Shown: in pieces, positions 25,410 through 37,894 of the stretch
Numbering within the stretch: position 1 is the first letter of the stretch
Layout: each line of letters begins with the position of its first letter
Origin: Selaginella moellendorffii
Lineage: Eukaryota > Plantae > Lycopodiophyta
Assembly: GCF_000143415.4 (NCBI RefSeq)
Contig: NW_003314374.1
Location: 331,225-395,224 of the forward strand
Direction of reading: 5' to 3'
DNA: 64,000 nt
The notes under the pieces: model-generated
The model's database searches: none
Told to the model about the DNA's origin: nothing
What the model saw: only the letters and a program-made list of their open reading frames with translations
Translations under genes and position numbers: made by a program

Positions 25410-26845
25410 GTGAATGTGACTATGGGTATCGAAAGTTATTAATTGGCAAGTCTTTTCAGATATTTTTTCTTTACTACCACAACAACATGGCAAAAGGTCA
25501 ATATTGCTAATTTCCTTTTTAGCCCCTCTTGTTCAAGTGTTAGTAAACTACTCTTAGCATCTATACTTAGTTAGATAAACATAATGTAAAAACTTCTATG
25601 TGTTTCTTGTTAAGCAAACTTGGCCTAACTCTTAGTTCTCTTTTGCTCTATCTTGTATTAGCTTAACAAAAACCCTCACGTATTGAGTATAATACATCAA
25701 TATCATTACTTAGCTTACCATAGCTTACTATATCTATCAAACACCTTCACTATCATGCTTCATGTGTTGGTCCCATTCGGTCCTATTAGCTATTTATGGA
25801 AAGTGTCTAAATTTGTGAGTTAAGCTGTGAGTTAGGCATAAATACAGAATGTAAAGTTTGTTTTGAACATGATAGTGTTGTTTCCGCATCCAAATTTGCA
25901 ATCTAATGTTATTCCATATTTAGTAAATTTTTATAATTGTCCCAAAGACTAACTTCTAAGACTGGGGTGAAAATTTGGGGGGGGGGGCGGGGGGGCACTG
26001 TAGGGGTTCCAAGTGTATAATAAGGATAGTGGGTAGGTCGTCCATGACCGACTAACATAAAGCATAATTTAGCCCTATTTGCATGTTTATCTTTGTCTTA
26101 TATCTGGATTGGGTCTAAACCCAAGCTCCATACCATGCTAGCTGATGGTTGATTCTGGCATTAGAATATTAAATGTTTGAAGATTATTTCAATATCATTC
26201 CGTACTCTTATCCCTTCACTCTTTAGGCTAAATGCTTAAGAGTCACTTTATGCTCCAATTCTTTTGCTACTTAGTTGCATATTTAGGAGTATGGCTCTGT
26301 CATAAATGTGACTACAGGTATTGAAAGTTATCGGCTAGTCCTTTCAAATATTCTTCTCTTACTACCATGATGACAAAGGGTCAATATTGTTGGACCCTTT
26401 ATCAATCCTCTTGTTCAAGTGTTAGTAAACTTGATTTAGCATCTATACTTGGCCAAACAAGTATAAAAAAGGAGTGTCTATTAGCCAAATATACTTTGCT
26501 TAATTTGTTAGTTCTCTTTTGCTTTAATAATAACGTTTGCAATAATGAGTTTGGTCCCTCAATATTCACTAGATAATAGTTTACTGTGTCTACTAAACAC
26601 TCTTGCTATTATGCTTTTTGTATTGATCTTGTTTGATCCCATTGCTATTTATAAAAAGTGTCTAGATTTGTTAATGGTCCTATAGCTATTTATGGAAAGT
26701 GTCTAAATTTGCTATTTTGGCATATCTACAAAATGTAGAAATTGTGTTGAACACAATGGTGTTGTTTCTACTTCCAAATTCACAATCTAGTACCTTTTTA
26801 TATTTGGTAAGTTTTATATTTGTCCCAGAGACTAACTCCTAATAT
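25410..26845. repeat. Two diverged direct repeats of about 550 bp (25410-25962 and 26303-26845)
   Basis: Shared blocks AATGTGACTA..GGTAT.GAAAGTTA, CTCTTGTTCAAGTGTTAGTAAACT and AGCTATTTATGGAAAGTGTCTAAATTTG. Confidence 0.8.
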
Positions 26846-27139
26846 TAAAGGTGACTAAGGGTAAAATCCCAAAGCATATGTTTCTGCATATAACATGTGG
26901 CACATTGAGGTTTAGGTTCCACTTTATGATTAACTTATGGTAAATCACTATAGAATAAAGGGTGAAAACCAAGCTCCATCCCTTCATTTAGTGGTCTAAG
27001 GTTTTGAAACTTGAGTTTTACTCAACTGCTATTGAACACATAGCATGTGGCACATAAAGGGTTTATGTTCTATTTTGTGGTTATTCTATAGTAAAACACC
27101 ATAAGATAAAGGGAGAAAACCATATGTGTTAACCAAGTG

Positions 27140-27760
27140 TGCTATATTGGTGAAGTTTGAGTGTTTACCAAGATTGATCTAAAGAGTGGATATTATCAAA
27201 TTGCAATAGATAATGTGTCTATCTCTAAGATAACATTGACCTAGAGTTTCAAGTATTTTGAGTTCACATTTATATGATACGGTTTAAAAAATGCACTAGC
27301 CATATTTACTTAGTTGATTATAAAGGTGTTTAAGCATTATTTACATAGATTTTTTTAGATAATTTTTTATTTTTTTTTGCAAGAATATGAAGGATCATAA
27401 AGTGTACTTGTGAAAAGTTCTCTTATTACTATATGACAATAAACTTACACAAAGAGTAAATATGAATTTGCAAAGTCATATTAAGCCACATTGTGATATC
27501 TAAGGGTGTCAAGATAGATCTAAGGAAGATGGTTGTGATAAAAAATTGAATTATATTAACTTCAATATTGAATTATGTAGTTTCATTGGTATAACTAGTT
27601 ACTATTGACATTTCTAGTGCAAGTTTGCAAAGATAACTATCTTTTGATATGTAAAAATATGTTATTTAAATGGAAGAAGCCATAGGAGGATAGTTTTGTA
27701 GAATTGAAATGATTATTAAGCAATGCTTCAGTTCTTTGTATTGTTGATCACAATTTTTAT
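27140..27760 (+). mobile_element. Highly eroded Ty3/gypsy RT remnant
   Basis: VFTKIDLKSGYYQIAI...YFEFTFI*YGLKNALAIF in an AT-rich region with many stops. Confidence 0.7.
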
Positions 27761-28464
27761 TGAAAGAATTTAAAGGTCAATATCTTTGAGTATTGCAAAT
27801 CATATAAGCTTTATCAAGGAGAAGTTAGAAGGGTTTTTGCAACCTTTACTTATTCTTTAACCCATTTATGTAATATCTCTATAAACTTCATCACTTATTT
27901 GCCATAAATATAGAGGCAAAAGAAGCTAGTGTAGATCATAATGGATCAATTAACAAAATATATGTTATTGTTAGCTTTTTAGAAGATTGTTCAAACTTGG
28001 CAGATTTATATCTTCTATTAGTGCAATTTAATTATAACAATAATTAGCATAGTGGAATTAAGTTAAATCCTTATTTTGCCATATTTAGAAAGCATCTCTA
28101 ACATAGAATTGAAATTGCATTTGAACAAGGATATTTAAGATAAATTTGACTCAAAGTCAACTAATTGACTACAGAACTTGATGAGATTTTGGTTGATTGC
28201 CAATTCTGAAAATATAAAATAAGAGATTTTATCTTTGTGTAAATGACCCTTCCATCAAGTGAGTGATGGAACACATTAATGCTGTTGTGGAAAGGCCAAA
28301 GTAATAAACTTTTTTATAAACAAACTCGTCCATGGAGCATGGGAAGAGCTCATTACAATTTAATGTCACCCTCAATTATTGGGGTGACATTAAACTTGTT
28401 TGCGCCTTCATAGTAAAACAATTGCCAGCAAGTTCGTAATTAGGGTTCTTGAGAGGAGTGAAAA

Positions 28465-30230
28465 ATGGGGCCCCTGGGATCGTCGCTGGCGTCTCAGTTT
28501 TGGAATGAGGAGGTGGAATCCACGCGCTCGCTGGAGGCGTGCGTCCGCTCGCTCCCGCGCGAGCCGCCGCCGCTGGCCATGGTGCGCGGCAGCAAAATCT
28601 CGCGCTCGCAGCAGCTGCTGCTGCTCCAGAGGCTCCTCCGCTTGCCCTTTGCACCGTCGCTTGCTCCGGATTGTGATTGCCCTAGCGGGATTGTGCTGGA
28701 TCGCGTGGTTGCCAGCACTGGTGGAACGAATTGGTAAGGCTTAGGCTCTTTTTTTCTCTCTATTTTCTTTGCTAGTTTCGTTCAGTAGAATGTCCACTGT
28801 CCTTTGCCAAACGACGATGAAGAGGAACTAAATTATAATTCAGGTGGGCGACTCTAACGGGGCGACTGCGAGTCCAGAGACTGTTTGCGAAGCGTCCCGA
28901 AGCTAAGTTGGAGCTGAATGGTTTCTCCGAAGCAGCGGCAGAGAAGCAGCAGCAGCGTGATGGCAAGTGGACGCATGCCAAGCGTCTTCTTGACAAATCG
29001 CTCTACGCATTGTGCATGCGAACAAAGCTTCTGCTTGGTCCCTCCACGTCGTTAAGCATCAAGGCCGAGATGGACTCGCTAGAGGACTGGGGTTCGAGCG
29101 AGGTTCCTATGAGAGTTCACTCCAAGCTCCTTCACAAGGTACGCGGGCTCATTTTTTCCTGGTTTTCCTCTGAGCCAAGTTTTTCCAGGTTGGTTGGTCG
29201 CTCGAGTCGAGATAAGAACCAGTTTTGATGCTCTCGTATTGTGGATGCCTGCAGCTCAAGAAGCACGATTTATCACTGGAGGCTGCATGGCACGAACGTT
29301 ACATGGACAGAGAAGCTCGTTACTGGGACGTTCCACAGGCTGTCTCACTCGACATTGCGTCCGTGGGATTGAGCTCGGGCTTGTACTACAGGCTTGGTGT
29401 CCACCATAGCTCGGGACAGTCGCAGAATTGCTGCGGAGGGGCCGGAAAGGAGATTCCATGGGGGGCAATGCCTGGAACTTGTGCTCAAGCAGCTGTATCT
29501 TATGGGAAGGAGATTGATATCTGGAAGGAAGACGATGCTCACTTTGGTCGGAAGCTTCACAAGCCTTACAATCTTCTAGCTGCTCGTCCACATATCACAC
29601 TTTCTGGAGTTGTCGGTAAGTCTCCTCCGAGAGGAACGGAGTTGTTATCTTTTTTATACAGGTGGTGTGGTGAATGCAAGCCTTGGACAGAGAAAGCAGC
29701 CTCTCAACGCTGCGAATCCTTCGCTGGTGAAATCAAATGGCGATCGCTCCGTCTCGGCCGATGCATTTGGCTCGCTGGGAGTGACGGCACAGTTCGGTCT
29801 CTTTCAGAGGTTTCTCCTCGATCACACCAAGTTTGCTGCTAGAGTTGATATTGGAGGAGCTTCTTCCACGGTTTCCGCAAGGACTTTGAGCGCAAAGTCA
29901 TCATCGCCTTCTCTTGCCGATGGACAGAATGGAATTACGTTCGCTCTTACTATGCAGCAGCAGGTTTGCTCGTCTTTGTTCCTTGTCTTTGTTTTTTTGT
30001 CTGAGGACACTTTTCTTGTGTTTGCTTCTCAGGTGCTCGGACCTCTTCGTGCTCGTGTGGATTCCAGATTCTCCCCGGATCTCTCGACGTGGAACGCTCG
30101 CCCAGCTCTCCAAGAGGTAACATATGGCTTAGATTGCTCCTTGGAGTCTCTAGGTGCTGCGAAGCTTGTAGTTTGGTACTGTCCGACACGCTCGGAAGGT
30201 ATGGCAGAAATTCGTTTACTTGAGATATGA
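28465..30230 (+). CDS. TGD4: TRIGALACTOSYLDIACYLGLYCEROL 4-like chloroplast outer-envelope lipid transport protein
   Basis: FWNEEVESTRSLEACVRSLPREPPPLAMVRGSKISRSQQ, LEAAW..RYMD...RYWDVP, GLYYRLGVHH and GAAKLVVWYCP...EGMAEIRLLE. Five exons: 28465-28733, 28844-29138, 29255-29615, 29662-29963, 30033-30230. Confidence 0.88.
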
Positions 30231-30440
30231 AAGTTGGATTGGCGTGGTGGCGATGATTCCCGACGCCAAGACGACGAATTTTCAGAGCGCTCTAACCGAG
30301 AAGAAGGTTTGTTTGTAATCGATAAGTAAAGCTCTTTCCTTGTCTCGGGAAAATTTTCGAAGAACACCAGGAAAAAAATGAGTCTTGAAAATATAACTTT
30401 GAATGTTTCTGTTTATTTGCTACAATATTATAAATTCATC

Positions 30441-31919
30441 TCAGTATTTGAGATGGTCTCTAAGCTTCCGCACGGCCGCTTTCAACGTATCCTCATCCTT
30501 GCAAAAGGCAAACCTCACCAAATGCTTGCCATCCTGTGGATCTTCGTAGAAACCACTGGGAGGAATCGCTGCCACTCCCACCTTGTGGACCAGATGCATG
30601 CAAAACTCCATGTCGTCTTTGAAGCCAAACGGAGTATGATCCACCATGACGAAGTACGTCCCCTGCGGCTCATAAACCTTGAATCCCACCTCCTTGAGCC
30701 CCTGGACGAGGATATCCTTCCTGGCGATGTAAGCGCTCCTCAGATCCTGGTAGTAAGACTCTGGAGCCTCGAGCGCTGCCACAGCACCCCATTGCAGCGG
30801 AGTGGCCGTCGAGAAAGTGATGTTGGAGTGAGCTTGCCGGATGCCATAGCTGAGATGCGGAGGAGCGATCGCCCAGCCAACTTTCCAGCCCGTGAACGAG
30901 TACGTCTTCCCCATGGAGCTCATCGTCACGGTCCTCTCGAACATCCCTTTGATCGACGCGAGGGAGACGTGCTCGCCATCGAAAACCAGCCTGCTATACA
31001 CCTCGTCCGTGAATGCCAAGACGTCGTGCTCCACGCACAAGGACGCGATGAGCTCCAGCTCCCCCCGGGAGAAAACTTTGCCGGTCGGGTTGTGAGGGGT
31101 GTTGACGAGGATCGCTCGGGTTTTGCTCGTGAATGCCGCGCGGAGCTCGTCCTCTGGCACTGCGAATCCATTCTCCGGCCTGAGCACCACCGTCTTCATC
31201 TTTGCGCCAACCATCGCTGTGACTACCTGGTAGACGTCGAAGAAAGGAGCAAACATGATGATCTCGTCGCCCGGATCGAGCAAGCCCAGAATCGTGGAAG
31301 AGATGGCCTCCGTGCAGCCGCAAGTCACCGTGATCTCGGTGTCGGGATCCACTTTCAAGCCAGTGTCCTTCTCAAACCTCCTGGAGATGGCGGCATTGAG
31401 CTCTGGAACTCCAAACCCCCGCGCGTACTGGTTTCTTCCCACTGTCCGGAGCGCCTGGATCGCGGCCTCGCGGATGAAATCCGGGCCATCGAAGTTGGGG
31501 AATCCCTGCCCGAGATTGATCGCCTGGTGCGTGAGCGCCAGGGAGCTCATGAGCGTGAAGACCGTGGGCTGGAACTGCTCCAGCCGCTTGGAAACCTGGA
31601 AAATCTCGCCAGAATCTCATCACAACCATATCGATTGAGTGGAGTGGCAAAATCTCACCTGGAGAGGGCGAGAGATCACGGCAGAGGCAGCGGCAGCGGC
31701 AGCGGCGACGCCATTCCCCACCACCTCGTCCTTCTGCGCAGTGGCCGCCATTCTCACGCCGCCGGATCGCGGCGGCGACAATGGAGGAGGAGGATCTCCA
31801 ATGGCGTGCGCGTGACCTAGAGATGAAGCTCGCAGCAATGGCTGGCTATGGCGGACGCCGAATATTCCCGCTAGTGATGAAGAGAGCTCCATTAGAGTCC
31901 TTCTAGGACTCCTCCTCAT
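30441..31919 (-). CDS. PLP-dependent class I/II aminotransferase (kynurenine/methionine aminotransferase-like) with a transit peptide
   Basis: INLGQGFPNFDGP, NTPHNPTGKVF, DEVY, SMGKTYSFTGWKVGW and VRFAFCK. One intron at about 31596-31658. Start at ATG 31919 or 31892. Confidence 0.93.
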
Positions 31920-31951
31920 CCCCTCTTCTTCCAAGAACCCAGTATAAAGAA

Positions 31952-33730
31952 ATGGCGATTCTAGATCCAGGAAGAACAAACCTCTCGCGATTCCGGGAAG
32001 AACAGAGCTCCTCCTCCTCCAATTCCAGCCCCGGTGGCGATGACGCCGTGGAATCCTTCGCGCAGCAGCTAAAATCCTCGGCCAGATCCCAAAATCTTGG
32101 CGAGGGCCGGCGAGTCCACTCCCGGATCCTCGAATCCGAGCACTCCGGCAATCGCTACCTGGAAAATCTCCTCATCGACATGTATGGCAAGTGTGGCAGC
32201 GTGGAGAACGCGCGCCAGGTCTTCAACTCGATCGCTCGCCCCAATCCCTTCTCCTGGACGATCATGATCCAGGCCTACGCACACAACGGGTATCTGTCCG
32301 AGGCGCGATCGATGTTCTACGCGCTCCGGGATCCCTCGATCGTGGCGTGGAACACGATCATCTCCGCGCACGCCCAGCTAGGGTTCCTCCGCGAGGCGCG
32401 CGATCTGTTCGATCGAATGCCGGAGAAGGACGTGGTATCGTGGAACGCGATGATCGCAGCGTATGCCCAAAATGGGCATCTGGGATCCGCGAGAGCGATG
32501 TTTGATTCGATGCCGCGGAAGAACGTTGTGTCGTGGAACACGATCATCACTGCGCTCGCGGAGAATGACGAATTGGAAGAAGCCCTAGCGATTTTTGAGA
32601 AGATGCCACAGAGAAACACAGTCTCCTGGAACGCTATCATTGCAGCACTTGCCAGGAGTGGGCATTTGGCGGAAGCGCGGGAATTGACGGCCAGGATGCC
32701 CCGTCCGGACGTGGTCGCACGGACGGCTGTGATTGCAGCATACGGCGAGAGCGGGCAGCTCATAGCTGCCCGGAGCTTGTTCGAGGAGACGGCTGAGATG
32801 TGCCAGGGGGACGTGATCCTGTGGACCACGATGATCGCCGCATATGCCCAGCACGGGTATCTCCAAGATGCCAGAGAGCTCTTTGATCGCATGCCTCACA
32901 GGAACGTAGTGTCGTGGTCCGTGATGGTCGCAGCTTATGCCAAGTTTGGGCGTGTGGAAGAGGCCAGATTTATGTTTGATCGAGTTTCTCGAAAGGATAT
33001 CATCGCATGGAACACGATGATCCAAGCCTATGCACAGAACGGGTATTGGATCGACGCAAAGAGTGTTTTTGATAGTATGCCACAGAAGGATTCCTTCTCC
33101 TGGAACGCTGTGATGAACGCTTACATACTCAGCGGCCAGTTCGAGGACGCCGAGGATTTCTTCCAGGAGATGCCGCAGCGGGACGTCGTGTCTTGGAACT
33201 CGCGGATTGCTGCTTTCTCTCTGCGTGGAAAGCTTGAGCAAGCGAAGGTGGTGTTCGAGAGGATGCCGGAGATGACTTTGGTTTCGTGGACGAGCATCGT
33301 TGGAGCGTTCGCGCAGGCGGGACGAGGGAGTGTTTCGCTGGATCTGTTCCGGAGGATGGAGCAACAGGGCGTGATGGCGGACGAGTTTAGTCTGGTCACC
33401 TTGCTCACGGCTTGCAGCCACTCGGGGTTGACGGAGGAAGCGTGCACAAACTTTGTGGCGATGACTGTGGATCGAGGCTTGAGTCCCGGCGTGGAGCACT
33501 ACTGCTGCATGGTTGATGCTCTTGGGCGAGCAGGGAGGCTCAAAGATGCTCAAGAGCTCGTTGACAACATGCCTTTCGTCGTGGATAGTATGCCATGGTC
33601 GATCCTGCTGGGTGCCACTCGGGTTCAAGGCGATTCTTGGCTAGGAGCCAACGTTGCTAGCAACGTTGAGCCGCAGAGATCGTCGCTCTATATGCTGCTC
33701 ACGAGCACCATCTCGTCGTCAAGTAGCTGA
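31952..33730 (+). CDS. PLS-class PPR protein rich in 31-aa short repeats, with a truncated E domain and no DYW
   Basis: About 14 repeats of VSWNAMIAAYAQNG.L..AR.MFD.MP, then ACSHSGL and EHYCCMVDALGRAG. Confidence 0.95.
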   Translation: MAILDPGRTNLSRFREEQSSSSSNSSPGGDDAVESFAQQLKSSARSQNLGEGRRVHSRILESEHSGNRYLENLLIDMYGKCGSVENARQVFNSIARPNPFSWTIMIQAYAHNGYLSEARSMFYALRDPSIVAWNTIISAHAQLGFLREARDLFDRMPEKDVVSWNAMIAAYAQNGHLGSARAMFDSMPRKNVVSWNTIITALAENDELEEALAIFEKMPQRNTVSWNAIIAALARSGHLAEARELTARMPRPDVVARTAVIAAYGESGQLIAARSLFEETAEMCQGDVILWTTMIAAYAQHGYLQDARELFDRMPHRNVVSWSVMVAAYAKFGRVEEARFMFDRVSRKDIIAWNTMIQAYAQNGYWIDAKSVFDSMPQKDSFSWNAVMNAYILSGQFEDAEDFFQEMPQRDVVSWNSRIAAFSLRGKLEQAKVVFERMPEMTLVSWTSIVGAFAQAGRGSVSLDLFRRMEQQGVMADEFSLVTLLTACSHSGLTEEACTNFVAMTVDRGLSPGVEHYCCMVDALGRAGRLKDAQELVDNMPFVVDSMPWSILLGATRVQGDSWLGANVASNVEPQRSSLYMLLTSTISSSSS

Positions 33731-33753
33731 AAAGAGTGACTTTGTTCCTGCTG

Positions 33754-36516
33754 TTACCAGAAATCTTCGCACGAACAAGCTCCTCCTCTGAAATGGTGAA
33801 ACCTGTAAGCGTCTCTCACCACGATCTCCCGTCCCACAAGCCCGGAGATGAACTTGGTGGCACTGTGACAGTCGCTGCAGACTCTCAAGTTCTTCATGAT
33901 CCTGAGCGGCTCCCCCGCAGCAGTCGAGATCAATCCAAAGGCAATGGCCAGTTTCTCACTGTGCTGACAGAGCAGCGATTCTTTCTCTTTAGCTTGCAAG
34001 TCGTATACCACTGCCTTGGTGTCGCAGACAAAGCCCGCTCGTTTCATCTTATCGTTCAATCGTTCCAGCTCCCTGTGTATCTCGCTCGACCGAGGATGGC
34101 TCGTGTCTCCCACTCGAAACTCGTGTATCCGGCCCTTCACTTCGATCCAGCTGAGTCCTGGCTCTTTCTTTGGTCCCAGATCCACCATACTCTTCCTCAC
34201 TGCCGCGGCCTCCGGCCACTTCCCAGCCCCGGCATATAGATTGTGCATCACCAGGTAAGGTCCTGTGGATCCTGGATTCAGCCCGAGAATTCTCTGAGTC
34301 GCCCGGCCACCACGCTCCAAGTCACCGTGGAGCTTACACCCACACAGGAGAGTTATCCACGGGAAGACGCTCTCGTCCCCAAAAGGCAGCCTTTTTACGA
34401 ACTCTTCTGCGTGTTCTAGCCATCCTGCTCTGCTCAAGAGATCTATCACGCAGCTGTAATGCTCTGCCTCGGCTGGAAGCCCATAGTCGACGTGCATGTT
34501 GAGGAAGTAGCTGTAGCCTTGGGCAACCAGTCCTGCATGGCTACATGAGGAGAGAACGCCAATCAGAGTGACGCTACCTGTGTCGATTCCTTCGAGCTGC
34601 ATTGTCTGAAAGAGCTCAACGCCACGAACGCCATTGCCGTGCTGAGCATTCGCTGCAATCGCCGAGTTCCAGGAGACTTGGTTCTGCACGGGCATGACTC
34701 GGAAGAATTTCGCTACTTCTTCCAAGCTGCCACACTTTCCTAGAGCACAAAGCAAGCCGTTAGCTACTTCCACATTTCCGAGGAACCCAGTCTCGGATAA
34801 ACAAGCTTGTACCAGTTTTGCAGCTCGGATCGACGCGAGATTGCCAGAGGCGTTCAAAACCGCAGTGAAGGTGACATCGTTAGGAGTAACACCTTCCAGG
34901 AGGATACTTCTGAAAATGCGGAGTGCTTCTCTGTTAAGACCGAGTTGGCTGTGGACTCCCACCATAGCGGTCCACGAGATGACGTTCCGAGTAGTCATGG
35001 CGTCAAAAATCTCTCGAGCATCCTCCAAGCTTCCCAATCTTGCATACATACTCACCAAAGCATTCTGCACAGGAATTTTGCGTGTCAGCTCGCTCTCTGT
35101 CAGCAAAGAATGAATCCACTTACCTTTTTCCAAAGATCCACAAGCGTTGAAAACTGTCACCAGGCTCACAGTGTCAATACTTACTCCCCCGAGCAGCATA
35201 AGCCTGAAGATAGTGAACGCTGCTTCAAGCTGCTCGTTCTCCACGTACAGCGATAGAACCGTGTTCCACATCATGATACTCGGCTGGTCACGATCTTGTC
35301 CGAGAAGCAAGCCGCTACTAAATGCCGACTTCGGACTCCTACATCTGCTATACATGTTCATGATCGCGGTGCCCGTCACAACATCCGCCGATTCGATTCC
35401 ACAGTCACCTTCAGCTGCAAGAGTTCTCAGAAAATCCCCGTGTTTCAGGTGAGCTGCCAAAAAACACGCATTAAGAATAGCAACATAAGTTATCCTGCTC
35501 GGGAGCTCACCTACGAGTAGCATCTCCCTGAAACACTTGAAAGCCTTGTCGTGGAAACCATTGCAGGCACTGGCCGTGAGCATAGCGTTCCAGGACACAA
35601 CATCCCGCTCTTGGATCCTCTCGAAAATCTCTTCCGCGTCGTCAACTTTCCCAAACTTTCCATACATGTTTACCAAGGCTGTTTGCACGACCGTATCAGC
35701 ATCGCCACCCAGCTCCCTGGCAAACGCATGGATTCGAAGACCCTCGGAGAAATCTCTAGAGTGGCAGCACGCGTTTAACGCAGCAACACAAGTGCCTTTG
35801 CTGGGAGTGACACCGTCGAGCCTCATTTGTCGACAGAGCTCCAGAGCCTCATCTCCTTGCTCGTGAACAACGAGCAGCGAGATCATCGCGTTCCACACTG
35901 CCGCGTCTCGGACAAGAATCCTGTCGAAAAGACCCCGAGCACTGTCCAAGTCTCCACACTTCCCATAAGCATTCATCACCGCAGTAGCCACGATCACATC
36001 CAGCTCGAGAGATCCACAAGCTTCCACTCGAGCTCGAATAGTATCCACTTCCCAGGGGTGGCCGCAAGCACCGAGAATCGCAACGTAAGTAACGTCGTTG
36101 GGCATCACTCCCTGTAGCTGCATTTCCCGGAAGAGATGGAATGCCTCCTTGGGATGCCCACTCCGGGCATTCACGCCGATGAGAGACGTCCAAGCAACCA
36201 CGCTCTTGTCTTGGATCCCCTGGAACACCGCCCTGGCCTCTTCTGGGCTGCCGCATTTGCAATACATGGCGAGCAGCCTGGCGCCGAGAAAATCGCCTAC
36301 CTCGATCCCGTTCCGGAGAATCAACCCGTGAATCCTCCTGCCCTGCGCGAGATCGTGGAGCCTAGCGCACTTGTGGATCAGAGCGGCGAAGGTAGAAGCA
36401 TCGGCCGATCCATCGTCGAAATATTTGAGCTCGTCGGTCCGATGCTGCGGCGCGGATGTCGAGAAGCTCACCGGATCGATACGAGGCTTCCTCCTGCCAA
36501 GAAATCGCCGCGTCAT
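33754..36516 (-). CDS. PLS-DYW PPR protein (organellar C-to-U RNA editing factor)
   Basis: PLS repeats, PG box PGLSWIEV, HSEKLA, CSDCH and a C-terminal DFW. Intronless, 920 aa. Confidence 0.97.
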   Translation of the reverse strand: MTRRFLGRRKPRIDPVSFSTSAPQHRTDELKYFDDGSADASTFAALIHKCARLHDLAQGRRIHGLILRNGIEVGDFLGARLLAMYCKCGSPEEARAVFQGIQDKSVVAWTSLIGVNARSGHPKEAFHLFREMQLQGVMPNDVTYVAILGACGHPWEVDTIRARVEACGSLELDVIVATAVMNAYGKCGDLDSARGLFDRILVRDAAVWNAMISLLVVHEQGDEALELCRQMRLDGVTPSKGTCVAALNACCHSRDFSEGLRIHAFARELGGDADTVVQTALVNMYGKFGKVDDAEEIFERIQERDVVSWNAMLTASACNGFHDKAFKCFREMLLVGELPSRITYVAILNACFLAAHLKHGDFLRTLAAEGDCGIESADVVTGTAIMNMYSRCRSPKSAFSSGLLLGQDRDQPSIMMWNTVLSLYVENEQLEAAFTIFRLMLLGGVSIDTVSLVTVFNACGSLEKGKWIHSLLTESELTRKIPVQNALVSMYARLGSLEDAREIFDAMTTRNVISWTAMVGVHSQLGLNREALRIFRSILLEGVTPNDVTFTAVLNASGNLASIRAAKLVQACLSETGFLGNVEVANGLLCALGKCGSLEEVAKFFRVMPVQNQVSWNSAIAANAQHGNGVRGVELFQTMQLEGIDTGSVTLIGVLSSCSHAGLVAQGYSYFLNMHVDYGLPAEAEHYSCVIDLLSRAGWLEHAEEFVKRLPFGDESVFPWITLLCGCKLHGDLERGGRATQRILGLNPGSTGPYLVMHNLYAGAGKWPEAAAVRKSMVDLGPKKEPGLSWIEVKGRIHEFRVGDTSHPRSSEIHRELERLNDKMKRAGFVCDTKAVVYDLQAKEKESLLCQHSEKLAIAFGLISTAAGEPLRIMKNLRVCSDCHSATKFISGLVGREIVVRDAYRFHHFRGGACSCEDFW

Positions 36517-36703
36517 GCCGGGGCGGCAGCGCTGTCTCCATCGCCAGTGCTCGAAATGCCCATAAACCCTAGAACTCAGAAAGATTCTAAAGAATATTCT
36601 CTAAAAAGAACCAATGGGAAGACGCCACTGTTTTATTCCACTTGGCAATGCGGGTTTTATCATCTTGCTTTGGAGAAAGTAGGGTTTATCATCTATCAGA
36701 GCG

Positions 36704-37375
36704 ATGGGCAGTGCCGGTGCCGGTGCCGGTGCCGGTGGCGATCGAAATGGCGAGCTTGTGACGGTGAAGGGGCTGGCGCTTGACAGGTACATGGGCCGCT
36801 GGTATGAGATCGCCAAGATCCCTACTCGATTCCAGCCCAAGGCCGGGATCAACACGCGCGCGACCTACACGCTCAAACCGGACGGCAGCGTCGACGTGCT
36901 CAACGAGACCTGGGTAAATGGGAAGCTGAATCACATCAGCGGCGTGGCCTGGAAGGTCGATCCCAAGAGCGAGGACGCCAAATTCCTCGTCAGGTTTTGG
37001 GTGCCTCCGTTCTTGCCAGTGTTTCCAGTCACTGGGGATTACTGGGTGATGGCGATTGGGGATGACTACGAGTGGGCGCTCGTCGGCCAGCCCTCTCGAA
37101 GCCTCTTGTGGGTAAGTTCCTTGATGTTCTTAGGAGATTCAGTTCCTTGATGTTCTTACTTTCGTTCTTGTGGAAAGGTTTTGGGCAGGGAGCCAGCGCT
37201 GAGCGATGAGATCTACTCCAGGCTAATGGAACTGGCCAAGGAGCAGGGATACGATACCAGTGCCGTGGAGAAATCCAAGCACGATGAAATCTCCGAGACG
37301 GCACAGGGAGAGGAGCGAGCTCCCAAGAAGGATAGTGGATTTTGGTGGCTCAAGACACTCTTTGGCAAGTACTGA
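36704..37375 (+). CDS. TIL: Temperature-induced lipocalin
   Basis: RYMGRWYEIA, NTRATYTL, VLNETW, VRFWVPPFLP...VTGDYWV, ALVGQPSR and a C-terminal GFWWLKTLFGK. Intron at 37112-37178. Confidence 0.95.
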
Positions 37376-37466
37376 GATCAATCTATCTCACACGATCTTC
37401 TATACAAGAAACAGCGAGCTCTTCTAGATTGATAAATCATAAAGTCGCGAACATAGATTGTATTTT

Positions 37467-37894
37467 CTACTTGAATAAATAGTAGCAGCCTCCATAGCCT
37501 GCGAAGCAAAGTACCGTGTAAATCCAATGATCAAATCAATAGTAGTAGCAGGAGACTTAGACTTACTGGGATCAGTCGAAGAGATCAAGGCAGTGTTATC
37601 AAAGTAACAGTTGTAGTCATAGCGAGCTTTCATCTGGAAGTAATAGTTGTAGACCCAGGAGGCATGCGCGTGGATGTTATCGGGATAGACGCAATTGCCA
37701 GTGTACTGGATTGCGGAGCAGTCAACCTGTGAGCACGCATAATCGAGGCCCTTTTGGAGCGAATCCGGAGGAACTGCTGGGTTTGCAACGCACCAGACCT
37801 TTCCATTCACAACGCGGCCGCTTGGCTGTGGGGCTGCAGCGCGAGCAAGCAGCACAGACACTGCGAAACTCAGAAAAAACGCGACAACTTTCAT
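37467..37894 (-). CDS. Secreted X8 (CBM43, callose-binding) single-domain protein
   Basis: Signal peptide, then WCVA, LQKGLDYACSQVDCSAIQ..G.C..P and HASWVYNYYFQ. An intron in DPS gives the C-terminus DPSYGGCYYLFK*. Confidence 0.9.

Noticed and set aside
30378-31820. 480-aa plus-strand ORF (and similar ORFs at 32585-33628, 6713-7288 and 36136-36783)
   Set aside because: Antisense shadows of GC-rich real genes, with no recognisable motifs.
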